Origin: Phoronis australis
Taxonomy: Eukaryota > Animalia > Phoronida
DNA length: 64,000 nucleotides
NCBI GenBank assembly: GCA_002633005.1
Contig: NMRA01000485.1
Span: 1-64,000 of the forward strand
Direction: 5' to 3'
The first letter of the stretch is position 1, and every line of letters begins with the position of its first letter. Of this stretch, positions 12,413 to 27,000 are shown in pieces. The position numbers and the translations under genes are program-made. The notes beneath the pieces were generated by a model that was given only the letters and a program-made list of their open reading frames with translations, was not told where the DNA came from and ran no database searches.

Positions 12413-15400
12413 AAGATTACGAAAATAAAGATAACTACAATAGTTATCGTCTAAGTGTGTGTTCAATGGCAATTTTTTCTTAATAGTTCCGTGTGCACTT
12501 TTTGAGGAAATCCGTGTCTAGGTTGTTTTAAATTAGAGGCTACTATGAATAAAACGTCTTCACCTGGGCGCATGCGCAGATTAGGCCAATAATAATGATC
12601 AATCAAGTCCGTGTTACGAAAACAAGTATTCTGAAATCAAAAGTTGGATTTTTGACTGCACCAGTAGTGTAGACAATAGGTACAGGCTGCCTATTTGTGT
12701 CAAATTTGCCCTCTGGGAAAAATCCATTTGATTTTGATTCTCAGTGCTTCGTAAGTACTTGCATTATACTCATTACTTTGTAAGTACTTGCATTATCACA
12801 AAAGAACACCAAAATATGTGGTGAAGTAGACACATTTTTGATCTTTCCGAGACAAGCCAGAGGGAAACTTACAAACAGAAAACACATTGAACCGAAAAAG
12901 TTGGTTAATAAACATTACGATTTGAATACACACGCCTTTGATTTATTTGTTTTGATATTTCGTTTATGTTTTCACCAGAAATCCTAAATATTGCACTCGT
13001 AATTGCCAATGCATTTTAACTAGGTAAGATTTCAAGACTGTCCTACGGAATTTAAATTTCATTTTATGCATGAACATCTTGTTCTTTAATTGAAAAACAG
13101 TTCTTCAATTCACCTATCATTAACGAAGTTTGATAATACCGAAGCAGAAAAAAATGATTTTGTGGCAATAATAAAATTGATCATGAACATTTAATGATAT
13201 TGAAAACGAAAGCTGTTATAACAAGATCACGAACAGTGTTAATAGTGTCCACAATTTCAAGGCAATCATCGATTTCACTCTCCGCCACAGTAAAAAGTAG
13301 CCCTAGAAGTACATACACTAGGCTTATGCACCTGCTTGTGTAATTAGGTAAGTTTGTTTTTAATGACGTCATCCATATTTTGAGCTGTGAGTTTGGCTCT
13401 GCCAGGTGTACCTCTATGCAAACTAAACCAAAAGCTGTTATGTCTTCAGAAATCATGCTAAATACTTTTATCTCAACGCAATCCGTAGAATTACGATTTT
13501 TGTTCATCCTTTTCTTGAAAGTTACTTGGTTTCACATGTGCAAATGCTTAAAAGGGGAACAATATATTGCTGCATAAAACACAAAAAAGGAAAATTTGAA
13601 AAAAATATGTTCTGATTTTTCCCCGAATAGGAAATTGTGGGGTGGTGTAGAGTAGGTTGACGCGTGGAAACAATTATAGGTTGTAAAATAGCTGATGATG
13701 TTATGCGGGACCCCAAACCCTAACGGTTTCAGAGACCATCAATTAATTAAAACAAATTTCGAGTTCTTATCCATGAGCCAACACCAACAGCTGATCTCAA
13801 GAGTGTGCTCGCGAGAAGTGATCATTGTTGTGTCACGTGACTGGCGTATGTCTTAATTGAATTCCCGGCGCGACATTTCCGAAGTTCAGAGATGGCCGAC
13901 CCCTATAACATCGGGGGTTTTGCGAAGCATTTCGTGACCTGTCGACGGTTTTATGTTCTTCCTGGTACGAAAAAATCCTATCCTGGTAACAACAATTTTG
14001 ATACTAATCTTATAAGCGTAAAAGCCCACACTCGAATTTCGTTTCTTTAGTGGTCTAAAAAGGGGAAATACAATTTTAAGATCCATCGAAAAATGTTCAC
14101 ATTTGGTTAAAGTCTTAACATCATATCTCAGAGTTAATGGATCGGATCAATATGAGAATTTCAGATGCTATGCTTCATACACTGTTTAACAAAGCTCTTA
14201 TAGAAATTGTATGTTTTCTATTTTTGCTCGAGAGGCTATCAAATATAGGAATCGTATGCTTTTAGGAAAAAGAAATTAAAAATTGCATAAAATGTAAACG
14301 AAGTGATGCTATAGAAAACAGCGTTTTTGAAGTTTCATCTTCCATGTTTAAATCAAATTAAATTCGGTCTTGTATTTTATTCCGTTAATTTGCTATGAAT
14401 GTAACTTTTGTTAAATGTTACTAAAAGACATGGTCAAATGACCAAATAATTGTAGTATATTATGAAGTAAAAAATCAAAATCTACAAGCATTCTTCTTTT
14501 ATAAACTATATAATTTCTCCGAGTCAAAATTTGACGTTTAGTGATGACGTGTCTATCACTTTTAACATATATATAATGACGCCTTGATTTGGACCCATAA
14601 ATAGGAATAGAAATCCAATTACATAATACCTTTTCTAAAAGTTTGCAAGCCGTGGATTTTTACCAATTCAGGTAACTACTGGGGCGATTTAGTAATTTAA
14701 AGTCTTACAAATTATGTGTTTGGATTAATCGGTGCACTCCGACAACGGTTACACACGTCATTGCCTACAGCCCGAGGAGTTGAGAAGGGTTAATAACTTT
14801 CGAAACGCTTAGTTCTGATCTAATTGTTATTATTGTTTTTAATTTTGTGGTTCGATATTACCTTTTATGGGTTTATTATTTGACTGGGTTCAAAACATGC
14901 TAAACAAGCGAATAAATACAGGTTTAGTCTGTAGTTTAGCCTAAGTTCGCCATTGAATGGACGACGAAGGTGAATGACGTTCATGTACTGGTAACTTTTT
15001 CGAGTTTAAAAATTTCGATCCCACGACACTCAAATAAATTCAAGGCTTTATTTCACTCCAAAATATTCACATTTTAGTAACGAAATTCATGTTTTTTTTC
15101 CAATAACTTTATTTGAAATTGTTTTCAAGGACAAAAAGCATAAAACGTTTTATCAAACGTGTTTTAAAGGTGACTTTGATACTGCTGTTCAGCGTGTAAC
15201 TAAAAAGGAATACAACTATTATAAAAATGCTTTGTAGCCAAACAGTTGTTGTCACGAATCCACGTTGCGATTAGCATTCCCTTCTGTCAAACTACTTTGA
15301 TGTTCACATTTTGCTTAGAAGTGAAGCAGCAAGAAAAAATTACAACCTATCTTCATTACAAAATAAGATACTACAAAACACTCGTGCGTTACATAGACAC

Positions 15401-16599
15401 GATTCAAAGTACAAGCAGTATTCACTACACAAATTTACGCACCCATTCCTGCGTTTATCCTACGTGTTTGACCCGCGGTAATACCGAACACAATCACATC
15501 GTGATTAAAAACTCTTTTGATGAAACCGCCACTGGTGGGGTGAGCAATTCTTGACTTTACTGTCTCTTTTCTACCATTTCCAAGCATTCCACAAATTAAA
15601 GATGCATTCCGCCCGTGTTCACCTGTCAACTGATGCTGAATAATTAACCGAAACGCTTTGGAGACATGTTCCATTTTAATGCCAAAAACACAATTTTGGA
15701 ATTATTTTTATATGTAACAGACTTTCTGAAATTATAAGCCTTGGTCAAAGCTATAAAACAGCAAACTACATTGTGTTTTTGTAATTTTATTACATAGCAG
15801 ATCGCTATTTCTGTCCGCCGTCTGGCAAACATTCCCTGAAATCAAGGCTGGTGAATTTGTTAGTTAAATACGCCGCCATATACTCAGTGAGATTTATAGT
15901 TCGGCCAGCAGAGAGTTAGGCTGCAATGCACGAGTTTCGCTAAGTTCGACTACGCTTTGGAGGTGATCTTAGCTTCGTTCCAGGTTCCAACGCGAAGTCG
16001 GCTTTGTGTGTGCAAGCCAGGTTCTATCGGCATAACCTGAAAACAAAAAGGAAGTGACACCACACGAATTCTTGCATAACCGACTCCAACCCTCATGCCT
16101 AACCTAACGCTACCTAAAACGTCCCCACTCTTATGCTAACACAACCCCTAACTCTATACCTAAGCCTAAACACCCTTCACTCTGAGAGGTTTTGATTGAT
16201 TGATTAATTGGTTGATTTCTATTGCCTTACTTAACTATAAGACACACACGTACGCACGCACGCACGCACGCACGCACACACACATATGTGCCGGAGATCC
16301 TAAAGGACCACCCAACACAACAGAATACAACATAAAACAAGCAAAGAATAGAAAATATGAGATATTGATTACTTCTTATTACATTTGACATACGATCGAA
16401 ACACTGGCATAAGAAATCAATGGTAAAGGTACTATAAATAAATGAGTAAATAAACCTAATACCTTAGTAAAAATAAAGGCGAGCTAGATATCTACACTTT
16501 ACAAATTACGTCACGATGAGCAAATTGATTACGTGTAAATGGCAACCGTATTAGTATGTGTGTGCGTGTGCGTATGCGTGTGCGTGCGCTTTCGTGTGC

Positions 16600-17230
16600 A
16601 AAATTAGTATTGTTTCTGTGTAATAGTGCGATTTGATATGCTTATTCACGGTGGACATGGATGCAGGAGAATATGCTTGAGTCATTGCATAAGTACATTG
16701 TATTGTATCTAACATTTTGTTCTGATAAAATATTGAAAGTGCAACAAGTGAGTGAGTGTTTTTCTTATCTGGAACTGTAAAAGGTTTTATTTTCAATGAT
16801 AATACTAGGAACGTGAAACAGTAAGTTGCCGTGATTAGTTTGTAAACTGGAGTCTTGAGTACTATAGGGTTGTAGTTGCGATAAGTAACAATAAAGAGTT
16901 CTGGCGAACGATAATGTCTACCTGGTATGTTTTTGTTTCGGAAGTGATAGCAAACGAAATTGTTTTGAAAACGTAGAAGTTGATTGCGTAAAAACTTGTA
17001 ATATATTTTCACGTAGGATTTATCATTAGAGTCTTCAAGCAGAGGTATTACATTTTTTCAATAATTTGTATATTGGATTTATTTGGGCAACATAGTGTGA
17101 GTAGGTGATTATCCGTAAGATTTGTTTCTGAAGGAAATGTAATCTGCTTACATTTTCAAATTCCCATGTTGATATGCCAAAATTATGTGAGCATGAATCA
17201 AGGAGGTGTAAATGATAATTTAAAGTCATA
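16600..17230 (-). mobile_element. Decayed 3' fragment of a CR1/L2-group LINE ORF2
   Basis: HNFGISTWE...LHFLQKQILRIITYSHYVAQINPIYKLL matches the typical post-RT motif (YGxxxWG...LQKRAxRII...HTxPLFK). Frameshifted and stop-ridden. Confidence 0.7.
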
Positions 17231-17711
17231 GCTACACGCCCGCCATGTATGAGAAAGATATTATTGCTTTCCCAGCTACGAAAGAGGTGGAGTTATCGGG
17301 GAGGGGGGGGGGGGATGTTAGACTGGTGGAGAACTAGTGGATGATGATACTTCGAAAAATTTTTGTACAGTGCCCCCCCCCCCTCCTCCTCCATAATTAA
17401 GTTGCTCACATTCCCACGGCCCTGTATTGCGCCTCCGGGTGCGCACATTACATACTAGTTGTTAAGAGCACTACACAACTGTTACAATACCGTAAAACTT
17501 ACACGTATATGTGCGTCGTGATGCCCTCTGGACTTGTTGACTGTTGTAGTCGTGTCCCTAAATTTCCGACCGAGTGAGTGCCGGGCACGTCTTGGTCTGG
17601 TCTGAACTTTCGTGGTAAACTTGAAGCTCACTGGACTCATCCGACATCTCTAACTTCGTCATATGTTGGGCAGGTGAGCAGGACGGGGTGTCTCTCAAGT
17701 GACCTGCCTCC

Positions 17712-17852
17712 CGTTCAGTGACGCTAGGACCTCGCTAAAAAGCAAGACTTCGCGAGATTACGTGAGATATTGCCGTGTATTTTAAATGAGAACACGTGAC
17801 TTTGACTAGGTTTTAGCTAGGTCCTAGCGTAGGTCCTAGCGTCTACTGAACG
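17712..17852. mobile_element. Small MITE-like inverted-repeat element
   Basis: CGTTCAGT-GACGCTAGGACCT at the left end pairs with AGGTCCTAGCGTCTACTGAACG at the right end. Confidence 0.7.
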
Positions 17853-18796
17853 CACGCCTGGCTACATCCACAGCTGAAACAAAACTTTTTAGCACAAAGC
17901 ACTGGTTTAATGCAAAGAATTTAAATAAATACTATTCCCAAAAAGAACTTAAGGAAAATGCACTGGAGCTAAGGTTGAGTGCATCATTTTGAGAGTCGAG
18001 AAAATGTTGAAAGGTCCCGCAACAATTTTCACCATGGTATTGCAGGCAAACCGGCCGCTGTTGCTGGTGCCGCTGTTTCGTGTCCACATCCAAAAAGAAA
18101 CGTAGGTAAGGCTAGTTTCACAAAAATCAAGTCTTATATAAAAGTTCATATACTGATTGATAGTGCCCAATGGCATTACGCCAATGAACAGCGGAAATAA
18201 AAGCGACAAGCACTCAATTATCGATAGAAATTTCCTTAGCCATTATAAAGAGACGTATATATACACTTCTGAAAGTATCAATAAAATAAACCTTAAAGTA
18301 TCTATCAGTGAGATATACACCATCGGATCGGCATCGATAAATCTCACATCTCATCTCAGCCTTCAGCCGCTCTAAATGCGCATGCCCGTGAACTAACTTT
18401 TGGAGGCAGATTTATTATTTTCAAGCATGGTTATTATATGGCTACTTTGTAAATGTAAAGAAATTAAAATTTCTCTTGAAATCGTTAATTAATAACACCA
18501 AAATGGATGTTTCCAAAACCACCTGTGTTAGCTTTTTCGTTTTTTCTTCTCGGGGGCGGGTGGCATCTCAAAAAGCGTGATTTAATTCGTTTGCTACGTC
18601 AATACGTTACGCGATTTGTGATTGATCTGACGGCGTGCTAACTATGTAGTGAATTTGTAAACACCAAGTCCCGCTATTAGCCGGGATCTTTATTTTTGCA
18701 ATACAGTGCTATACTCATATGGCGCTAAAGTTGTCGTTTTGATTGTTTTGTATAGTTGCACGATTCTGAATTCAATGGGTATTATTCAAGACAACT

Positions 18797-19196
18797 GAAG
18801 CAAGCGCGTCCTAGTCTCTAAATAACTTTTTACACTCACGACATTTAGCGAGCTGACGAGGTGTGACGTGTGAAGTATTTTGATTTAAAAATAGACCATT
18901 CACAAACTCGTTCATCCCGGCGTCTCCGTGGCCTTTACCCTGAAAAGAAAACTTGCCAGTGCCAAGTCTTAAACAATTATATTTGACACGACAATTGAAG
19001 CGCTGAAATTTGCTGTTTAGTAATGATGTAAGACAGATTCATGCAACATGAAAATAATAAATTTCAATCTTGAGTTCGTCATGTTGAGAGAGATCAACTT
19101 AGTTCAGTTTTATCCCCCTGGTAGTTAAATCCCGTCGGACGGGCTCACACCACGTCGCCAGTGTAAAAAGTTGAGAGACTAGGTCGCGCTCGCTTC
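18797..19196. mobile_element. ~400-bp MITE with ~40-bp terminal inverted repeats
   Basis: gaagcaagcgcgtcctagtctc..aactttttacact pairs with agtgtaaaaagtt..gagactaggtcgcgctcgcttc. Confidence 0.75.
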
Positions 19197-19267
19197 CCGT
19201 GTGTGTACGGTTGACGCTAGCAGCACTGCAACCCTCTGACCGGCACGTCAACTACTACGGGCAGAGA

Positions 19268-20772
19268 CTGTTGTGCGTGAACTTGGAATTTTGCTTAATC
19301 TCAAACAAACAAACTAAACAATCTCGGTGGACTCGCATATGAATTGAAATCCTATCTTCCTCTCCCAGCTCTCAAGTTTATATATGACTCACTTGACCTT
19401 CCCAATTTAAACTACGGCATTGCAATTAACTTGGGGTTTTGGCAACAATAAGAAATTCCAGTTAGCCCACAAGAGAATCATTCGGAATATATCCAATTCC
19501 AGTTAAGATTCTCACAATACGACCGTAGGAACTTCGCCTCCCTCTACTTCAAGCCCTCTTTAAAATCTCAACTGCAAAACTTTACTACAAATTCCTCAAT
19601 AATCAGCTTCCTAAGTAAATTTACACTTAGGCTACAACTTCCTTAGTAAACCCATCCAATATAAACCAACCAGGCACATTTGGCTACATTCCTGAACCAA
19701 TACTCAGCTGCTATCCCGACAATACAACCCAAAATTTTAATTCCCCCATCCAACAAATTGCCACCAAAAGCCTGTGTCAGATTTGAAATTCCTTGCCTTA
19801 TAAACAACAACGAAATACCAGTCTCTGCTTTGAATATAATAAAAACACTCTCTTTGCAAGCATTCTCCAGGTCCTTAACCAATTTTATAATTAGCAATTC
19901 GATCCACTCTGTCATTTTTCAATTGCTTCATATGAAACAGTATCTAATTGTCCTTCCCAAAATCTCCTGAGCTGTGCCAGTCCACTTCTTGGTTCCTGGC
20001 GTGTCGGTCCTTTCAGCGCTAATTCACCGTTTTGTTTTCTTAGTATGTCTCATAACTTTACTCTTCCTGTTTTGGCCTTTTCATTTTTGCATTTTCAGTT
20101 ATTTGTTTTTGTACAGGGGACCTTCTTATTAGCGGTCAATAACCTCTAGAAGGCCTCCTAATTTAAATCGCTGTTATTTAATCATTGTATTATGTCAGTG
20201 GCTGATTTAGGGGGTGGGGTCCTCCCTAATTTTTTAGTAAGAAGGTCCACAAGTCCACAAACCCAAAAATTCGAGACCCCTGTATCCCTAGATTTTAGGC
20301 TGAGCGCGTGCATGTGGCGAAATACTGGTTATTCCTGTGACCTGGCTCACCCCTAACTCAAAATCCTGGATCCGCCCCGGCCTGCCGGCCCCCCTCTCTC
20401 AAGATTGCGCATGCATGAACTTGGAATGCAGGGGGAAACGTGAATACTTCATTCAACTAATAACGTTCACGTCGCTAGAAATTTGCACTACATTAAACTT
20501 ACATTTTAATAAATTAACGTACTACACTTTAACCGACCTTTTTTGAACTATTGGCGATATTATTCACCAAACAATAATTAATTTAACCATTCACATATTC
20601 CTCCGATTGTTTGATACAAGTTACGGTAAAGAAGAAAACGGGTGTTCATGAGACCATTAATTACAAAATTCCTTACACTGGACAAGAAATTTCATCTGAT
20701 TGCCCAAATGAATATTCAAGTCCAAGTTCGACGCATACGCGATCTTGAGGTTAAACAGGATTCACTCACAGC
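19268..20772. mobile_element. MITE family A copy split by a nested LINE fragment (~19330-20190) and a small hAT-like MITE (20196-20380)
   Basis: Left TIR 'ctgttgtgcgtgaacttggaa..tgcttaatctcaa' stops at 19304 and resumes as 'tctcaagattgcgcatgcatgaacttggaa' at 20397. The insert has LINE-like 'YDSLDLPNLNYGI..WG', and cagtggctgatttagg/cctggatccgcccc ends. Confidence 0.7.
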
Positions 20773-21039
20773 CACAAGGATCGCTGTTAGCTTTCATTCA
20801 TAGAGGGCGCTTGTGTCTGTGTAGGTTTGGAAACGTGAGCTGTTCTAGTGTTAATTTCTATCAAAATTTGAGGTAAATTAGGTGCTTTGATAGTGAAAGA
20901 GTGTGTTGTCAATTGGTTATTTAAACATTGTCTCAATTAAGTATTTGATTACTTTTAGTCTGCTTGATTGAGGTCATCAGGCTCACAGGCTCAGTCAGAT
21001 GACTACTCTCAGTCTCTCTGTCTCTGACTCTTAGTTAGC

Positions 21040-21800
21040 CAGCCAGCTAGCTGTACTGTAGTCGTTTAGACTGTCGTCAAAATACAGCTAGGTACCACTG
21101 TGTGTATTTCTTCCATAGACCCCAAAATTGCACACAGCTAGGGTACTTCTGCTCGTCACCTCGCCATGAAACCTGTATCAACATGTAGAGTTAAAGACTG
21201 GAAGGGGTGCATGCAAAATCTCTGATTCAACCGACACTCACCTTGCACGTTACAGCCGTTTAAGTGAAAAACAATGCAATAAACCTCATTTTCTTGCGTA
21301 ACTCTCCGCCTTTTCTAACAACGAAAATTATGTCGTCGTTTTGGAAACAATACGCTCGTGTCATGCGCGTGCGCCATTTTCTAAATTTTCGCGACAACTT
21401 CGGAGAAGCAAAATTTGTTCTGAAATTCGGTTTTTCGGCATCGAAATTCTAAAAACTTGTAATGAAGTGAAACTAGTTCCAATAATTTGTTGTGACGTGT
21501 ACGCAAGCTCGTGAAAGAACAGCAGTTGATTGAAGAATCGGCGAAAAAAGAAACTGGCCAATTGGTGACGCAATATCTCATGGCGCTAAAGATCGCTCCA
21601 CAACTTAAGGAGCAGAATAACAGTAGAACGCCATTTTTTCCAACACTGTTAAATAATTTTGTTTACTCAAGGAAGATTGTAGTTTTTAACGACACTAATT
21701 TTGTGTCAGATTTTATCTTACCACTTTTTTACCCACATCGGTGCAAAGCTGTGTATTTGTATACAGCTTTGTACCAAGGCTAACTCTGAGTCTGAGTACT
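21040..21800 (+). repeat. Dispersed repeat B; inverted copy at ~46550-47350
   Basis: ctaggtaccactgtgtg..ttcttccatagaccccaaaattgc (21088-21131) is the reverse complement of ~47234-47277, and similarity continues for ~750 bp. Confidence 0.85.
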
Positions 21801-21809
21801 GGCCGAGCA

Positions 21810-22209
21810 CTGCTGTACGTGAACTTGGAATCCTGCTTAATCTCAAGACTAAGCGGAAGTGAGTGTTGCGCGAACTTGGAATACGCGAGGCAAGTTGACA
21901 ACTTCACTCAAATAATCATGTTAATGTTCATAAAAATTTGCAATGCACTAAATCAAATTACATTTGAATAAATAATGTCAATTTTAACCAACTTTTTCAA
22001 CTACGGGCGATCAGTTTCACCAAACAATAATCGATTTAGCCATTCACATATATTCCTTCGGTTCAGCGACACAAGTTACAGTAAAAGAGAAAATGGTTGA
22101 TCGCGAGGTCAATAATTACACCGAACAAAAAATTCAAATTATATTCAATTCCAAGTTCGCGCATACGCAATCTTGAGATTAAGCAGGATTCCAAGTTCAC
22201 GCACAACAG
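21810..22209. mobile_element. MITE family A, full-length ~400-bp copy; another at 45216-46019
   Basis: TIR gtgaacttggaatcctgcttaatctcaaga / tcttgagattaagcaggattccaagttcac is a perfect 30-bp inverted match. Confidence 0.85.
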
Positions 22210-22240
22210 CACCGTCAGTAAAGTCAGTAGAGACAATGAA

Positions 22241-22725
22241 GCTTCATACACCGGAAGATTTTCTTCGAATTGTTCCTCGCACTGACTAAAACATCAAAGT
22301 CACATTGTTATAAACACCTTTTGTGCATAGAGGGACACGTTAGGAGGCCATTTATGTATTTAATTCTTTCCAACTCGAATAAATACTCTCGTTATCAAAC
22401 ATTTTCTTCATGCAGTCCCTCGTTCAGTTCCCAAACTCGGTAACTCACCATTTTGAACACTGCACACGCCAAGGAATATGACGTCATGCCACCGGCCGCG
22501 TGCAGTGTAAAAATGGTGAGTTAACGATTTTGGGAACTGACCGAGAGACTGCTCAAAGAAAAAGTTTGATAACGGGAGTATTTGTTCAAGTTGGAAGGAA
22601 TTAGATACATCGGCAACCTCCTAAGAAGGTTCCCCTATGCGAAAAAAGGTATTTTTAACAACGTGACTTTGATGTTGTAGTCAGTGCGAGGCATAATTCG
22701 CCAAAAATCTTCTGGCATATGAAGC
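22241..22725. mobile_element. Foldback/palindromic element C (~230-bp arms, ~30-bp spacer)
   Basis: Arm pairs include ctcgcactgactaaaacatcaaagtcac / gtgactttgatgttgtagtcagtgcgag and aactcaccatttt / aaaatggtgagtt. Partial copy at ~46270-46490. Confidence 0.85.
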
Positions 22726-24078
22726 GCCTATAGGAGCTCCACCGTCACACTAATAACACACCCTTTTACAGAGGTAGCTCGATTAAAAGGGAGGACCACT
22801 TCTGTGAAAGTCACCTTTCGACTAGAGGTTTCCCCGTATCATACTTCTTAAATTGTAAGATATGAATCATAAACTCTACATAACATTTCATTAACTAAAA
22901 TTGAAAAACATCACCTCCTTGAAAATTAATTAAGAGATATGCAAAATGGATCCTTTGTAGACGTCATTGTTTTGATGCTTTAAAAAAGAAATGAGAAAGT
23001 GAATCAGTTGAGCATTGCCACTTGTCATATATTGCATATGCCTTCAGTTTCCACAGGCGATGTATTGCCTAACCGGCAGGTCACCTAATAGTTTCATTTA
23101 AAATGAAGTGCACAATGCCCATACCACTTGTCAGGCACATCTAGCTACATGTGAGTCAATCTGACATTGAATGAAGAGCAGTTGATGTGAATGGGTTAGT
23201 AATCTATTGGTCTCAAAGACCTGGATGCACAAAACAGACCTGAGCTAGGTGGAAATTTACCGTGGTCGTTGAAGGGACTCCGGGAGGCACGAGTTTCCCA
23301 ACGGGAACACTGAATTCGTTGATCTCCGTAAGGTGGCTGGTCATATTCATAATCCCAAATCATATCCCAACTGTCTATAATTATGTGCATGTTGACTATA
23401 AGAATTATGACTGTGACCTGGGTGAGTTTTATGACCTCTTCTCACTCCTGTGCTGCGACACTAGGTGGCATTCTATCCTGTAGGGATAATTTAAACTTTC
23501 TTCAGAACAAAGTTTTGGGTTTTGACACAAAATTTCACCAGAGCCATCTTTGAATTCATTTTTCCTTGGGTCGTGTGCTTGTGTGGTTCCAAGTAACAGT
23601 TGCAGTGGAATATCAGGAAGACATCAAAAATCAAAAATAAATTGTTGTAATATGTATTCAGCAAACTTCTGCCATGATATTTGTTTTATGTTCATGAGAT
23701 TTTGAAATGTTAACTGTGGTGGGCGTGGCCTATTTGCACTTGTCAGAATTATCCAATAGACACGCTTTTGACTACTGCTATATCCATAACCGACATCACA
23801 ACATTAATGGCGTGAATTTTGCGGGGAAGTGTATCAGATATTTTGCATGGATGGAACTTAATCCCCGTTTACGAAAATATTTTACTATTAGTCTTAACTT
23901 AGAACTGAAATAACACTGCTGTCATTCCATCTCTTGTTTTGTAGTCTGCTGTCAGTTGACGTCATAACAACAATAATCTGTTGCCACATAGATATCAGTC
24001 ACCAGTCATGCAGCTTGCATTGTAAACGTCTCTCATTTGACGCACCGTTTCTTTTGTAGCTTAACTTTTAATGCAACG

Positions 24079-27000
24079 ATGCTGCGAGTTTTGGTTGGCA
24101 TGAGAACATGGGCATGCACTTGTCGTAATGTGCTGATGGTCAACTTGGGTAAGTGGATTATGATTTGCGAAGTCACATAAAATTACGTGATGAGCAAATA
24201 TCTTCAGACCAACTCGGCAACTCGCCAACAGTGCTTGCTGTAAACAGGCAACTCACAGTAAATCGTCAGCAACTTAAGACACGTTATGGATGACAAATGA
24301 TATTTTATAATCATTTTTCTTTAAATTATTATTCATGTTCATGTTTTATACCACATGAGCGTTTTGGAAAATTGTGAGCGTTTACATCAACGTTTCATGG
24401 CTTTGAAAAATGAAATAATTAAATTAAAAAGGTCTTTTTTACAATTATTATTTCTATAACTGAAATTGACAGCTTTCACCATGGGACATAATGAACAGAC
24501 AACAACTTCAATGATTTGTTGTGTGCTTGGTGGCTGTGGCAACAGACATTACAATCCGACTATCTCCGTTTTTGAGTTACCTAAAGACCCTGTGTTAACC
24601 AAAAGTGATGCACATTCATCAATTTGAAAACGGCTTTTGTACGGGATTGTTTGCAACTTTGTCTGTGTCTGATGTCGGCAACTCGTTAACTGTATTGAGG
24701 TGACGATAAAAACAGGGAGGTGATGAGATGCGCCTTTGATGGCAGCAGAAGTTGTATGAACCTAGTACTTGTTTAGAAAGCTCAGAAAGTCCATGTCTAT
24801 ACCCTCAAGGAAAACAGTGCCAGCAGCCAATACCTCGGTTATGGAAAGTCACGTAACAAAGAGTTAGTATCATCTCTAAACGCTGTCATCACCAAAATGT
24901 GAAGCACAGTCGAACCGCGTTCTAAAAAATGTTCGTTTATGTTCCTTACACGCAGAAAGTTATGCTGATCGATTACAGTGCACTTTGATTTCAAAAGACA
25001 GTTTAGAAAGTCCTCGAAAGGTTTCGTTATGACTCTTCTGACCAATGCTGTACATTCATCTGGCAGTCTTCAGCCTAATTGTCATTGTGGGTACTGCCTG
25101 GGTGCATCAATCTTACCAAACAAGTTTTTGTACAGTCATCATTTAGTGAGTCACAAGGGGGAGGTAATTCCACGGAAGAGGAGTACCCGGTATGAGAAAT
25201 GCCCTTCAGAAGATTGGCTTTTTCTCTCAGCTACCCTACCGAAGTGTGCTTTTTACGACCGAAGTTACCCAAGCAAGGGTGCATCTTTTTTAAATTCTAT
25301 TTGAAAGGGTTTACTGTAAGAGCTAGATACTCTTAAAAGGCCACCTTTATTAGCTACCCAAATGTGTAGATTAGGTTTCCAATGTGATCTATATTTTTAA
25401 CGTTTTTGTTGCAAATGATGCACTAGTACTGAGTTTGGACTGCCTGGCATCTCTTTTACTGTTCTGGGCATTGGGTTAAAATTCTGCCGACAAGAAATTA
25501 TAGTAAATGACTCAATGCCTTCAAGTTAGGACTGATGTATAAAAAAAATTCAAGTGGAAATTTTCAATATTTTATCTAAGGGAAGGACATGTTTCATTTT
25601 TAAATATCCTTCATGACTTTAATCTGTTTTAATTTGTAAGTCATACTCATGATTTTGAAGTCTTGTTTTTGGTTTTATTCAAAATTCCTCAAAACTGTTT
25701 AGTAATGCACTCTGGTTCTGTAATATCTGCTCTTGGATCAGGCACCAAGTGTGTACAGCGCCCCCTTCAGACCAGTGTAGTGAATCAAGTGTTAGATAAA
25801 GAGATCCGTGGAAAGAAGAAACTGCAAGAGACGATGAACGAGTCCGACCCTGTGGGTGTGGCGAAGGAAGATGAAGATGATGAGGGACTGGACTTCAAGT
25901 GAGTCATCCAGATTATGTTTTACAGATCAGGGTTTTTGGTAGGAGTATGGCTGTTGTTTCTTAATTTTAAACACTGAATTGTGTTAAATAATGTTTTTTC
26001 CGCATCAAAATTGTTTTGTGTACATGTCATATTAATGAGTAAGTTATGGCATGTTTTATAACATGTTCTTCACTTGTTATTCCCTTCAGTTCTGAGGGTG
26101 GTGTTGATGTAGTCTCAGTAGGTGGCATTCATGTAGCGTGATGCGTCATGTCTATACACGCATATGAATATATTAACAAGACAGTAGTGCCTGCGAACAA
26201 AGGTCTTGTCAATGTCGTTACCAATTCCATCCGTCCATTTGTCCATCCATATTTCCGTGCAGACTATAATACTGTGGTTAACTCGCATACTGCACAGGGG
26301 ATTTTGTTTTTATTTTCAAAAAGTATTGCTTCTATTGCGTATTGTCATTATTACTTGTTTTTTGATTCAGCCTTATTTTCCTGAAGTTTGCCATTTTTTC
26401 GCGTATTCCTTTTTGGAAATGCTCTTCTGTGCATAATTCCTACATTTCAAAAGGAATTTGGATCAAAGTTTGAGAACGTATATGCTAACGGCCAGGCTAG
26501 AGTATTTGCCAGAATACGTTCCACTAAACGAGAAACAAGTCAACTAAATACTACAAAATGTCTTCATGCACAAAACATTGACTTATCTCCCTCTAGTCAA
26601 ATCATGTGTTGTGGAACAGCCTTGACCTTACCCAGAAGGCTACATACAATGCCATCTATTGAACACCATTCAACTAGAATGTGAATGAGGTAAACCCAAG
26701 TCATCTAAATTCTTCAGAATTTCAGGTGCTTAATATTCAAATATCATCTTCCACTTTCAAGCTAAATGTTGAATCAAGTTTGTGACAACTCAGATTGTTA
26801 CAAAAGCACTAGTCTGTTTTATATTGCACATTTGTTTGGTCCGCAGTTTAACTATAAAAACTGGAATGGTCTCCACAACAGGTTTTTGAAGATAAAGCTG
26901 CGATAAGTCCTAAGCACATGGTCCTGTGAAGCACTTGATTCATTGGTCACAAACTTCGTATTAGAACAAATCAAGTTATGTGATGTTCTTCACTGCTTTA

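Noticed and set aside
16080-16175. Telomere-like CCTAA(C) repeats
   Set aside because: Short and degenerate; more likely part of an interspersed repeat than an interstitial telomere.
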